Shown piece after piece: positions 1 through 9,801 of a DNA stretch of 64,000 nucleotides (the first letter of the stretch is position 1; each line of letters begins with the position of its first letter). The notes under the pieces are model-generated. The model searched no databases. It was not told where the DNA came from and saw only the letters and a program-made list of their open reading frames with translations. The translations under genes and the position numbers were made by a program. Source of the stretch: Patescibacteria group bacterium (GTDB lineage Bacteria; Patescibacteriota; Minisyncoccia; Minisyncoccales; Staskawiczbacteraceae); assembly GCA_022703425.1 (NCBI GenBank), contig JAKLDQ010000002.1:12876-76875 (forward strand), read 5' to 3'.

Positions 1-411
1 TCGCAGATGCAAAGAATAAAAGAAATTCTTTTAAAAAGGCAGGAAGTCGCCCGTCTCTATGGGTCAAAATTAAAAAACATAAAAGGAATCGAGACTCCAT
101 ATATAAAGGAAGGCAATTATTTAAGCTGGTTTGTATATGTGATAAAACTGGAGGAGAAGAATGCCGGGAAAAAAAGAGACGGCATTATTAAAAAAATGGG
201 AGAAAAGGGGATACAGTGCGGTAATTATTTTCAAGCCATACATCTCCAGCCGCAGTTCCGGAGTTTGGGTTATAAAAAAGGAGATTTTCCGGTGGCAGAA
301 AATATAAGCAAAAGAACGTTGGCTTTGCCGTTTTATGGGAATTTAAAGGAGAGCGAAATTGATTTTGTCGTAAACACACTAAATAAAATTTTAAATGAAA
401 AATCCGTTTAA
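1..411 (+). CDS. DegT/DnrJ/EryC1/StrS-family sugar aminotransferase, C-terminal fragment (5' end outside window)
   Basis: The frame is open to the window edge. The C-terminal region (LSWFVYVIKL, GIQCGNYF, RTLALPFYGNL) is typical of the family. It overlaps the next sugar-pathway gene by 17 nt. Confidence 0.7.
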   Translation, partial: SQMQRIKEILLKRQEVARLYGSKLKNIKGIETPYIKEGNYLSWFVYVIKLEEKNAGKKRDGIIKKMGEKGIQCGNYFQAIHLQPQFRSLGYKKGDFPVAENISKRTLALPFYGNLKESEIDFVVNTLNKILNEKSV

Positions 412-2251
412 AAAAACAGCTTTTACAAGAACACTTTTTTTTGTCATTGCAGACATCGCTCTGCTGGCGTTTTCCATTTGGATGGCATTTTTTATCAGAT
501 TTGACGGGATCGTCCCGATGCAGTATTCCCAGGCAATATTGAAGGTTTGCATCCTGGCTTTTCTTATAATTATTCCGGTTTTTTATTTTTCAAAGCTTTA
601 CTCATTTTCATGGGCATATGTTTCTGCGAGCGATGCAATTGCTTTGTTCGAGGCGACCAGCGGCTCATTTCTTTTGCTGGGGCTTTTGGTATATGCTTTT
701 AAAATTTTTCCGGATTTTAACAACTTTCCCAGATCTGTTATTTTTATCAGTTTTTTTATCTTTTTTATCGGAACAGGGAGCATAAGATTTGCAAAAAGGG
801 TTTATGTGAGGGGTATTTTAAAAAGAAATAAAGGGTCTAAAACACGGACATTAATTGTGGGCGCGGGTGACGCCGGCGAACAAATTTTACGAAATATTCT
901 GCCCTCAAAAAGCAGTCCGTTTTTCCCGATCGGATTTGCAGATGACAGTCCGATGAAGCAAGGTATAATGATACACGGCTTTAAAGTTCTTGGAAAAATT
1001 TCCGAAATACCTGCCATTGTCAAAAAACACAGGGTCGAAGAATTAATTATTGCTCTTCCGACGGCCGGAAGTAGGACAATAAAAAATGCTGTTGATTTCG
1101 GGAGAAAAGCGGGAATTAAGAAAATTAAAATTGTTCCGCATATAAACGAAATAATTTCGGGAAAAATATCTTTAAAAACCCTGAAAGATGTTGAGGCAGA
1201 CGACCTTCTCGGCAGAGATCCGGTTTCTATCGACTCTAAAGAAATAGAAAATTTTATTAAAGGAAAAACAATTTTAGTTACGGGAGGGGCCGGATCCGTC
1301 GGATCGGAGCTTTGCCGGCAGATCATGAAGTTTGCTCCCAAAAATCTTTTAGTTTTGGATCAGGACGAAACAGGGATATTCAATATAATGAAAGAGCTTG
1401 AAGCGAAATTCAACGGAGACATAACTTCTTTCGTTTCCGACATTCGAGACAAGAAAAAGACAAAAGAGATTTTTCAGAAGTATAGGCCTAACATAATTTT
1501 TCATGCTGCCGCTTATAAACATGTTCCTCTTATGGAGGCGGATCCCGAAGAAGCGGTTAAGAATAATATTTTCGGCACAGAAATTCTTGCCGAGGCTGCA
1601 GTTGAGTTTGGAGCAGAAAAATTTATTTTTATTTCAACCGACAAAGCAGTTAATCCTACGTCAGTAATGGGCGCGACAAAAAGGATTTGCGAAATGGTTT
1701 GTCAAAGGTTTAACAGAGATGAGACGAAATTTATTTCCGTTCGTTTTGGAAATGTATTGGACAGCAGAGGAAGCGTTATCCCGATTTTTCGAGAACAAAT
1801 CAGAAAAGGGGGTCCGGTAACTGTTACTGATTCAAGAATGAAAAGATATTTTATGCTGATATCAGAGGCTTGCCTTTTAGTAATGCAGGCCGGAGCTATG
1901 GGAAAAGGCGGGGAAGTCTTCATTTTGGATATGGGAAAACCGGCGCATATTTTGGAACTTGCGAAAAAGATGATAAGCTTGTCTGGCCTGGAACCGGATA
2001 AAGATATTGCAATTGTGTTCAGCGGGCTGCGCCCCGGAGAAAAACTTTTCGAAGAAATACTCACTGCAGAAGAAGGAACGGTTGCAACAAAAAATCAAAA
2101 AATTTTTTCAGCGAAACTCTCAGATTCCAGTTCCGAAAGCCATTCGCAGAAGATGGAAAATTTAAGGACAGCTGTGTCTAACGGCGGTAAAGAAAAAATA
2201 ATATCTGCCCTCCGAGACCTTGTTCCTTGGTATTCTCCTGCGAAAGATTAA
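395..2251 (+). CDS. CapD/PglF/WbpM-like membrane-bound NDP-sugar dehydratase/epimerase (polysaccharide biosynthesis)
   Basis: Hydrophobic helices at the N-terminus. Two Rossmann motifs follow (LIVGAGDAGEQ and VTGGAGSVGSEL), plus AAAYKHVP catalytic region. 618 aa. Confidence 0.85.
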   Translation: MKNPFKKTAFTRTLFFVIADIALLAFSIWMAFFIRFDGIVPMQYSQAILKVCILAFLIIIPVFYFSKLYSFSWAYVSASDAIALFEATSGSFLLLGLLVYAFKIFPDFNNFPRSVIFISFFIFFIGTGSIRFAKRVYVRGILKRNKGSKTRTLIVGAGDAGEQILRNILPSKSSPFFPIGFADDSPMKQGIMIHGFKVLGKISEIPAIVKKHRVEELIIALPTAGSRTIKNAVDFGRKAGIKKIKIVPHINEIISGKISLKTLKDVEADDLLGRDPVSIDSKEIENFIKGKTILVTGGAGSVGSELCRQIMKFAPKNLLVLDQDETGIFNIMKELEAKFNGDITSFVSDIRDKKKTKEIFQKYRPNIIFHAAAYKHVPLMEADPEEAVKNNIFGTEILAEAAVEFGAEKFIFISTDKAVNPTSVMGATKRICEMVCQRFNRDETKFISVRFGNVLDSRGSVIPIFREQIRKGGPVTVTDSRMKRYFMLISEACLLVMQAGAMGKGGEVFILDMGKPAHILELAKKMISLSGLEPDKDIAIVFSGLRPGEKLFEEILTAEEGTVATKNQKIFSAKLSDSSSESHSQKMENLRTAVSNGGKEKIISALRDLVPWYSPAKD

Positions 2252-2316
2252 ACAAAGTCTTTTCTTTTTTCCACTTTTATATAAGATGGCGTTTGTGATA
2301 CAATAAAGCCAAATTT

Positions 2317-4032
2317 ATGAATAATAACCGAATTTACAAGAGAATCGCCCTGGCTTCGAGTGTTCTCCTTTTTTTATTGCTGGGGTGCGATGCCGGCGCG
2401 GCGATTGTGGGTGAAGCGGCAAATTTTTATGTTGACAGCAATTTTGACGCAAGTGAAAGAACTCAAGTTTCTGCAGTACTGTTGAAAAACAGCGGCCGGC
2501 TTTATTTTTATGTCGAGAAAGGATGGTGGGACTTACAACCCCAAGTTGAAAAAGACAAAATATCTGCAAACTTAGATGTTCTTGCCGGCGAGTTTGACAG
2601 CAAAATTTATCCGAGGCTTACGTCATTTTTTGGAAGCGAGTGGAAGCCCGGTGTTGATGGCGACAATAAAATAACAATTCTGTTTCACAACATGAAGGAG
2701 GACTCTGGCGGATATTTCAGGACAGCTGACGAATATGTAAAATTGCAGGTTCCGGATTCCAACGAAAGAGAAATGCTTTATCTCCCCGTAAATCAGGTTG
2801 GGAGTTTGCAGGTAAAAATTTTACTTGCCCACGAATTTGTTCATCTGATTACATTCAACCAGAAAAACAAAATTTCAGGTTCTGATGAAGAGGTTTGGTT
2901 AAATGAAATTCGAGCAGACTACTCGTCAACGATTCTTGGCTATGATGATATTTATTCCGGGAGCAATCTGCAAAAAAGGGTAAATGATTTTTTGCAGAAA
3001 CCGTCAGATCCCCTTACAGAATGGCAAAACACAAAATACGATTATGCTGTAATCAGTATGTTTGCCCATTATTTGGTGGACCATTATGGAATAAGTATTT
3101 TAACTGATTCGATTAAATTAAAATCAGCAGGAATAGAAAGTTTGAATGAAGTTTTGACAAGAAACGGCGCCGACGAAAAATTTGATGAAATCTACACAAA
3201 CTGGACGATAGCGCTTGTTGTAAATAATTGTTCAGGAGGAACCAAGTTTTGCTATCTTAGCGAGAACTTAAGCAAAATTAAAATAAATCCTGCAATAAAC
3301 TTTTTGCCAATGGTGGGAAGCAGCACCTTGTCTGTTGCGAATGTCGCAAAAAATTGGTCAGGTTCCTGGCAAAAATTTATTGGCGGCAGCGGTGATTTAA
3401 GGTTTGATTTTTCCAGTTTGAGCGCATTGAAATTCAAAGTCCCATACATAATTTTCGATAAAAATAACCAATACGCTGTCAAATATTTAGAACTGGATAA
3501 GGACTCAAAAGGAACTTTGGAAATCAAGAATTTTGGTTCTGAATACAGCTCGCTTGTAATAATTCCGACCCTTCAGACAAAAACATCCGGTTTTAACGGT
3601 TTAGAACTCACATATCCTTATACATTTACCGTTTCTGTCGCCGGAGGCACAAATCAGGAAGATCAAACTCTTATTGAAAAGCTGTTGGAACAGATAGATT
3701 CCCTAAAAAAACAGATAGCGCTTTTGCAGGCGCAGAAAGGGGGAAATGAAGAAAATGTTTGTTCTGAATTGAATAGAAATCTTTATATGGGAATAAACAA
3801 CAATAGCGATGTTCAATGTTTGCAGACATTTCTTAAGTTGCAGGGGCCTGATATCTATCCTGAGGGCCTGGTTACCGGCAATTTTGGTTCGCTTACCAGA
3901 AAAGCTGTTATGAAATTCCAGCAGAAGTATGCACCCGAGGTTTTGAAGCCGGCAGGGCTGTCGTATGCTACGGGATATGTTGGAGTTTTGACGAGAGCAA
4001 AAATTAATCAGCTTTTGAAAGGCGCTTTTTAG
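2317..4032 (+). CDS. Secreted/lipoprotein putative zinc metalloprotease with C-terminal peptidoglycan-binding domain
   Basis: Lipobox-like signal (LLFLLLGC) and an HExxH motif (AHEFVHL). A coiled-coil linker (LLEQIDSLKKQIALLQAQ) precedes a PG_binding_1-like C-terminus (GNFGSLTRKAVMKFQQKY). Confidence 0.55.
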   Translation: MNNNRIYKRIALASSVLLFLLLGCDAGAAIVGEAANFYVDSNFDASERTQVSAVLLKNSGRLYFYVEKGWWDLQPQVEKDKISANLDVLAGEFDSKIYPRLTSFFGSEWKPGVDGDNKITILFHNMKEDSGGYFRTADEYVKLQVPDSNEREMLYLPVNQVGSLQVKILLAHEFVHLITFNQKNKISGSDEEVWLNEIRADYSSTILGYDDIYSGSNLQKRVNDFLQKPSDPLTEWQNTKYDYAVISMFAHYLVDHYGISILTDSIKLKSAGIESLNEVLTRNGADEKFDEIYTNWTIALVVNNCSGGTKFCYLSENLSKIKINPAINFLPMVGSSTLSVANVAKNWSGSWQKFIGGSGDLRFDFSSLSALKFKVPYIIFDKNNQYAVKYLELDKDSKGTLEIKNFGSEYSSLVIIPTLQTKTSGFNGLELTYPYTFTVSVAGGTNQEDQTLIEKLLEQIDSLKKQIALLQAQKGGNEENVCSELNRNLYMGINNNSDVQCLQTFLKLQGPDIYPEGLVTGNFGSLTRKAVMKFQQKYAPEVLKPAGLSYATGYVGVLTRAKINQLLKGAF

Positions 4033-4033
4033 C

Positions 4034-5023
4034 ATGAAAGATAAAATTGCAGAGGAATTCAAAAAGAACTCTCTCGACGTCAAAAAAAGAGTCCTGCTAA
4101 AAAATTACACTACATATAAAATTGGCGGGCCCGCCAAATATTTTTTTGTTGCTACCGACAGAGATGATTTAATTAAAGCTTTGGAGATTGCAAAAGCATT
4201 TGGGATGCCTTTTTTTGTCATCGGAGGCGGGAGCAATATGCTTTTTTCAGATAAGGGATTCAGCGGGCTTGTCGTAAAAATCAGTTTTTCTGAGTTTAGA
4301 AAAGAAGGAAGCAAACTCATTACCGATGCAGGCTTTGAAATGACCAAACTGGCGTCTTATGCAGCAGAGGAAGGAATAAGCGGATTTGAGTGGATGGCGG
4401 GAATTCCGGCCGGAACAGTCGGAGGCGCTCTCTTCGGCCATGCACAGGCGTTCGGATATAGAATGTCTGATCTGCTGGAAAGCGTTGAGGTGCTGAATCT
4501 AAAAAATTTTAAAATTGAAAATCTTTCCAAAGAACAATGCAAGTTCGCTCTAAAAAACAGTGTATTTAAAAAGAACAGCAATCTGGTGATACTCTCGGCG
4601 ACTTTTAATGTTGAAAACGGAGAAAGTCAGAAGGTAGAAGAGCAAATGACAAATCTTCTTAGCTACAGAAGAAACAGCCATCCCCTAGATTATCCCTCCG
4701 CCGGCTCCGTTTTTATAAATCCAGAGAAAAAGATTAAAAACAAAAAACTGCTTAAGGATTTTCCAGAGCTTGCCAACTTCAATGAGAAGGGAATTATACC
4801 CGCAGGTTATCTGATTGATAAAGCCGGTTTGCGAGGCAAAAAAATCGGAGGGGCGCAGATTTCTGAAAAACACGCCAACTTTATAATCAACGTAAAAAAC
4901 GCCAAAGCCAGAGATGTTATTGCTCTGATAAAACTGGCGCAACGGAAAGTCAAAAAAATATTCGGCATTAATCTGGAAACAGAAATCCGTATGGTTGGTT
5001 TTAAAAGTGATATAATAAAGTAA
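4034..5023 (+). CDS. murB: UDP-N-acetylenolpyruvoylglucosamine reductase
   Basis: FAD-binding N-domain (YKIGGPAKYF, VIGGGSNML) and MurB C-terminal motifs (PSAGSVFINP, GGAQISEKHANFI). Confidence 0.85.
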   Translation: MKDKIAEEFKKNSLDVKKRVLLKNYTTYKIGGPAKYFFVATDRDDLIKALEIAKAFGMPFFVIGGGSNMLFSDKGFSGLVVKISFSEFRKEGSKLITDAGFEMTKLASYAAEEGISGFEWMAGIPAGTVGGALFGHAQAFGYRMSDLLESVEVLNLKNFKIENLSKEQCKFALKNSVFKKNSNLVILSATFNVENGESQKVEEQMTNLLSYRRNSHPLDYPSAGSVFINPEKKIKNKKLLKDFPELANFNEKGIIPAGYLIDKAGLRGKKIGGAQISEKHANFIINVKNAKARDVIALIKLAQRKVKKIFGINLETEIRMVGFKSDIIK

Positions 5024-5047
5024 GGCAATATTATTAATAAATAATTT

Positions 5048-5128
5048 ATGCCTCCAAAAAAGAAAAATAAAAAATCAGCACAAAAAAAGAAAACAGTAAA
5101 AAAGCCAAAATGTTGCGGATGTTGTTAA
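5048..5128 (+). CDS. Possible 26-aa polybasic peptide ending CCGCC (MPPKKKNKKSAQKKKTVKKPKCCGCC)
   Basis: ATG-to-TAA ORF too short for the ORF track. It is followed directly by the hairpin gcaatc-gttaa-gattgc plus a T-run. No clear Shine-Dalgarno sequence. Confidence 0.2.
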   Translation: MPPKKKNKKSAQKKKTVKKPKCCGCC

Positions 5129-5186
5129 GCAATCGTTAAGATTGCTTTTAAAAACTTTAATATCTGTAAAAATCGTATAAAAATAT

Positions 5187-5573
5187 ATGAAAATAATTCT
5201 TAAAGGAAAAAATCTGGAAGTTACCCCGTCTCTGCAGGAATTCACTGAAAAGAAGTTAAGCGATTTAAAAAAATATATAAATATTCTCAGAGAGGACCAA
5301 AATCCGGATTTATCGGCAAAAACCCTGGCGGAGGTCTTTGTCGAGGTGGGGAAAGAAACAAGGCATCACAGAAAAGGAGATGTTTTTTTTGCGGATGCCC
5401 AGCTTCAGCTTCCCGGCAAACTGATTGCCGCAAAAACAAATTCAGACGACCTGAACAAAGCAATCATCGAATTAAGGGACGAAATGAAGAGAGAAATAGA
5501 AAAATATAAGGTAAAAAAAATAGATTCTGTCCGCAGGGAACAAAGAAAGTCGAAAAGAGAGATAGATCTCTGA
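5187..5573 (+). CDS. hpf: Ribosome hibernation promoting factor / RaiA (S30AE family)
   Basis: The N-terminus MKIILKGKNLEVTPSLQEFTEKKL and the overall 128-aa layout match the S30AE family. Confidence 0.8.
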   Translation: MKIILKGKNLEVTPSLQEFTEKKLSDLKKYINILREDQNPDLSAKTLAEVFVEVGKETRHHRKGDVFFADAQLQLPGKLIAAKTNSDDLNKAIIELRDEMKREIEKYKVKKIDSVRREQRKSKREIDL

Positions 5574-5583
5574 CTTTAAAAAA

Positions 5584-5605
5584 CCGCCCCTGCCGGGCGG
5601 TTTTT
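5584..5605 (+). terminator. Rho-independent terminator after hpf
   Basis: ccgccc / gggcgg 6-bp GC stem, 5-nt loop, T5 run. Confidence 0.75.
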
Positions 5606-5684
5606 AATTTACAAAAGGCGTGTTTTTCTATAATATGAAACATAATCCTGAAAAGGGCAAGAAAACGTATTAATAAATATTAGG

Positions 5685-8099
5685 ATGTTTATTCTTACAA
5701 AAATTTTCGGCGACACAAACGACAAAATCATAAGCAGGCTGCAGCCGAAAGTGGAAAAAATAAATTCTTTGGAAGCCGATTTTGCAAAGCTTTCTGACGA
5801 CCAGCTCAAAGGGAAAACAGCGGAGCTTAAAGAAAGATATGCAAAAGGCGAAACTCTGGACGATATTCTTCCGGAGGCTTTTGCTTTGGTCCGCGAGGCG
5901 TCAAAAAGAAACTTGAATCAGCGCCATTTTGATGCCCAGCTTATCGGCGGAATGGTTTTGCACGAGGGAAGAATCGCCGAAATGAAAACCGGAGAAGGAA
6001 AAACTCTGGCGGCAACGCTTCCTGCCTTCCTGAATGCGCTCACAGGAAACGGCGTCCACATTGTCACTGTAAACGATTATCTGGCAAAGAGAGACATGGT
6101 CTGGATGGGGCAGATATACAGCGCCCTTGGGCTATCGGTAAGTTGTATTACAAATGAATCGGGCTATATTTACGACAAACAATATTCTGAAAAAGACGAA
6201 CAGCGCGATGCAACGGGTTCGTTCAGGGTTATTCAGGATTTTCTGAAGCCCTGCTCAAAACAGGAGGCTTATTCTGCCGACATCACATACGGAACCAACA
6301 ACGAGTTCGGTTTTGATTATCTGAGAGACAATATGGTTTATGAGGCAAAAGACAGGGTGCAGAGAGGATTTAATTTTGCAATTGTAGACGAAGTCGACTC
6401 GATCCTGATAGACGAAGCGCGCGTCCCCTTGATTATTTCGGGCGCGCAGGAGGAGGCAACAGACAAATATTATCAGTTCGCAAAAATCGTCGCCCCTTTG
6501 CAGAAAGAGGAGGATTATACGATGGACGAAAAAATGAAAGCAGTGATGTTTACAGACAAAGGGCAGGAAAAAGTCGTAAAGAGGCTTGGCTCTGATCCGT
6601 GGGCCGATAACGACATTACTGCAACACACCAGCTTGAATCAGCCCTAAGGGCGAAAGCACTTTTCTTAAAGGACAGGGATTATGTCGTCAAAGACGGCGA
6701 GGTGATGATTATAGACGAATTCACCGGAAGAATTTTGCCGGGCAGAAGATGGTCAGCCGGACTGCATCAGGCAGTCGAAGCAAAAGAAAATGTCAGGGTT
6801 CAGCCGGAATCAATTACTTTCGCAACAATTACATTTCAGAACTACTTCAGATTATACAAAAAGCTCTCGGGCATGACGGGCACGGCTTTGACTTCGGCAG
6901 AAGAAATGGACAAAGTTTACAAGCTTGAAGTTGTAACCATTCCCACAAACAGGCCAATGCAGAGAAAAGATTTTTCTGACAAGGTATTTAAAACAGAAAA
7001 CGGAAAATACATGGCCGTGGTCAAAGAAATAAAAGAGCTTCACGAGAAAGGCCAGCCCATACTTGTGGGAACAAGATCTGTGGAAAAGAACGAATATCTC
7101 GGAAAAGTTTTGGAAGTTCAGGGAATTCCCCACGAAATTTTAAATGCAAAGAACCATCAGCGTGAGGGAGAAATCATAGCTCAGGCAGGAAGAAGAGGCG
7201 CTGTTACAATCGCAACAAACATGGCGGGAAGAGGAGTTGATATTATTCTTGGCGGAAATCCGCCCGACCCCAAAGAGGCGGAAGAAATAAAAAATCTTGG
7301 CGGACTGCACGTAATCGGCACAGAAAGGCACGAGGCAAGAAGAATTGACAATCAGCTGAGGGGAAGATCGGGAAGACAGGGAGATCCGGGCTCAACCCAG
7401 TTTTTTGTTTCCCTTGAAGATGACCTGATGAGAATTTTCGGCGGAGACAGAATCAAGTCGCTGATGAACGCGCTGAATGTTCCGGAAGACGAGCCGATAC
7501 AGGCGAAAATGATTTCGGGGGCCATTGAATCTGCACAGGGAAAAATTGAGGGCTTTAACTTTGACGCCAGAAAACATTTGCTTGAATACGACGATGTAAT
7601 GAACAAGCACAGAGAGATTATATACAAGAGAAGGCGCGAGTTCCTCGAATCTGAAAATCTTAAAGAGAAAATACTGGAGATTGCCCAAAAAAGCGGAATC
7701 AGCTCCGAAGATTATGAAAAGAAGGAAAAAGAAGTCGGTTCAGAAGACATGCGTAAAATCGAAAAATACGCCAGCCTGCGGGTTCTGGATATGTTTTGGC
7801 AAAATCATCTTTCAGACATGGAGCATTTAAGAGACTCTGTAAGACTGCGCGCATACGGCGGAAAGGATCCTTTGATTGAATACAAAAACGAAGGGCACAG
7901 ATTGTTCCAGCAATTATTGCAGCTGATAGATGAAAATATCGCCCAATCCATTATGCACGCAATTTTGAACAAGCAGACAACACCGCCTCCTGCACCCCAG
8001 AAAAACGTTCAGAAGTCAGATTCCGGCGAACAAGTCGGGAGAAACGACCCATGTCCGTGCGGTTCGGGCAAAAAATTCAAAAAGTGCCATGGAAAATAG
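5685..8099 (+). CDS. secA: Preprotein translocase ATPase SecA
   Basis: Motor motifs MKTGEGKT, VDEVDSILIDEA and TNMAGRGVDI. C-terminal zinc finger CPCGSGKKFKKCHG. Confidence 0.95.
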   Translation: MFILTKIFGDTNDKIISRLQPKVEKINSLEADFAKLSDDQLKGKTAELKERYAKGETLDDILPEAFALVREASKRNLNQRHFDAQLIGGMVLHEGRIAEMKTGEGKTLAATLPAFLNALTGNGVHIVTVNDYLAKRDMVWMGQIYSALGLSVSCITNESGYIYDKQYSEKDEQRDATGSFRVIQDFLKPCSKQEAYSADITYGTNNEFGFDYLRDNMVYEAKDRVQRGFNFAIVDEVDSILIDEARVPLIISGAQEEATDKYYQFAKIVAPLQKEEDYTMDEKMKAVMFTDKGQEKVVKRLGSDPWADNDITATHQLESALRAKALFLKDRDYVVKDGEVMIIDEFTGRILPGRRWSAGLHQAVEAKENVRVQPESITFATITFQNYFRLYKKLSGMTGTALTSAEEMDKVYKLEVVTIPTNRPMQRKDFSDKVFKTENGKYMAVVKEIKELHEKGQPILVGTRSVEKNEYLGKVLEVQGIPHEILNAKNHQREGEIIAQAGRRGAVTIATNMAGRGVDIILGGNPPDPKEAEEIKNLGGLHVIGTERHEARRIDNQLRGRSGRQGDPGSTQFFVSLEDDLMRIFGGDRIKSLMNALNVPEDEPIQAKMISGAIESAQGKIEGFNFDARKHLLEYDDVMNKHREIIYKRRREFLESENLKEKILEIAQKSGISSEDYEKKEKEVGSEDMRKIEKYASLRVLDMFWQNHLSDMEHLRDSVRLRAYGGKDPLIEYKNEGHRLFQQLLQLIDENIAQSIMHAILNKQTTPPPAPQKNVQKSDSGEQVGRNDPCPCGSGKKFKKCHGK

Positions 8100-8688
8100 T
8101 GTCGATGAAATTTTAAAACAGATTAAAGAAGAGGTGATTAACTTAAAAGAATCTCCTCTTTATTCTATTAGGGTGCAAAACAAAGTTTTTCCTGTAATAG
8201 GGGAAGGAAATCATCAGGCAAAAATAATGTTTATCGGCGAGGCTCCCGGCAAAAACGAAGCTTTGACCGGGCGCCCTTTTTGCGGGGCTGCCGGAAGGAT
8301 TCTCACAGAAATGCTGGATTCAATAGGTCTGGACAGAAAAGACGTTTACATTACAAACATCGTAAAAGACAGGCCTCCGGATAACCGCGATCCTATGCCA
8401 AACGAAATAGCGCTTTATGCCCCTTTCTTAGACAGGCAGATAGACGCCATAAAGCCGAAAGTAATTGCCACATTGGGCAGATTTTCGATGGCATATATAA
8501 TGGAAAGGCTGGGTTTAAAGGACAGCTTAAGTTCCATAAGCCAGATGCACGGAAAAACATTCGGCGCAAAATCGACTTTTGGCGAAGTAAAAATTGTTCC
8601 TCTTTATCATCCGGCTGTGGCTCTCTATCAAAACAGCCTGAAAAAAGATCTGTTCGAGGATTTCAAGGCGATTAAGAATTTAATTTAA
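8089..8688 (+). CDS. Family-4 uracil-DNA glycosylase
   Basis: GEAPGKNE and GRPFCGAAG motifs, plus C-terminal LYHPA. Overlaps the secA stop by 11 nt. Confidence 0.8.
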   Translation: MENSVDEILKQIKEEVINLKESPLYSIRVQNKVFPVIGEGNHQAKIMFIGEAPGKNEALTGRPFCGAAGRILTEMLDSIGLDRKDVYITNIVKDRPPDNRDPMPNEIALYAPFLDRQIDAIKPKVIATLGRFSMAYIMERLGLKDSLSSISQMHGKTFGAKSTFGEVKIVPLYHPAVALYQNSLKKDLFEDFKAIKNLI

Positions 8689-8727
8689 TCCTCTTTCTGG
8701 CATCCATATCTAAGTGTATTATGTATT

Positions 8728-9801
8728 ATGAGAATCATTGCACACTTAGATATGGATGCTTTTTTTGCTTCTTTGGAAGAGAGCTATACGCCCGATTTTA
8801 AGGGAAAGCCGATTGTCGTGGGAGCAGAACCAAAGGACGGAAAAGGCAGAGGAGTTGTTTCAACGGCAAACTATAAAGCGCGCGAATACGGCATACGCTC
8901 CGCTTTGCCGATTTCGCGCGCGTGGCAGTTATCTGAAAAAGCAAAATCAGAAGGAAAAGAGCCGGCGATTTTTTTGCCCGTGGATTTTGAAAGATATGAA
9001 AAGGCGTCGGCCGAAATTTATGAAATAATAAAAAAATATTCACAAAGCGTAGAGCCTGCCAGCATAGACGAATTTTATTTCGACCTTTCGTTTGCGAAAA
9101 GCTATTCAAAGGCCGAAAAAATCTGCAAGGAGATAAAAAAGGACATAAAAGAAAAACTGAAAGTCACATGCTCTGTGGGCATTGCGCCAAACAAGCTGAT
9201 TGCAAAAATTTCGGCCGGAATGAAAAAACCCGACGGAATGAACATTGTTAAAGAAGAAGACGCAGAAAAATTTTTGGAGCCCCTGTCCATTAGGGAGATT
9301 CCCGGAATAGGGCCAAAAACAGAACAGCTGTTAAACGGGAGAGGGGTCAAAATAGTAAAGGATCTCAAAAAATTTTCAATCGAGCAGTTATATGAGGCAC
9401 TTGGCAAATGGGGCCAGGAGTTGTATTTTAAAGTAAGGGGGATTGATGACTCGCCCATTGTTGAGGATAGAGAAGTAAAATCAATCGGAGAGCAGGCAAC
9501 CTTCCAATACGATACGCTGGATGCGGTTTATGTGGGAGACGTTCTCGAAAAAATGTGCAGGCATGTTTTCAGAAGGTTTTCAAACAGCGGATTCAAAAGT
9601 TTTAAGACGGTCGCCATTTCTGTAAGATTTTCCGATTTCGAGACAAAGACATCCGCCAAAACTCTGAAAGACCGCACAAACAGCGAAAAAGTTTTTAAAA
9701 TAGAAGCGTTAAAGCTTCTCTTGCCATACCTGGACGCAAGAAAAAACCCGCGCAGAAAATTAATACGCCTTATCGGCGTCAGGCTCGAAAAATTTTTATG
9801 A
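8728..9801 (+). CDS. dinB: DNA polymerase IV (Y-family)
   Basis: HLDMDAFFASLE start, SIDEFYFD, and helix-hairpin-helix IPGIGPKT. Confidence 0.9.
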   Translation: MRIIAHLDMDAFFASLEESYTPDFKGKPIVVGAEPKDGKGRGVVSTANYKAREYGIRSALPISRAWQLSEKAKSEGKEPAIFLPVDFERYEKASAEIYEIIKKYSQSVEPASIDEFYFDLSFAKSYSKAEKICKEIKKDIKEKLKVTCSVGIAPNKLIAKISAGMKKPDGMNIVKEEDAEKFLEPLSIREIPGIGPKTEQLLNGRGVKIVKDLKKFSIEQLYEALGKWGQELYFKVRGIDDSPIVEDREVKSIGEQATFQYDTLDAVYVGDVLEKMCRHVFRRFSNSGFKSFKTVAISVRFSDFETKTSAKTLKDRTNSEKVFKIEALKLLLPYLDARKNPRRKLIRLIGVRLEKFL

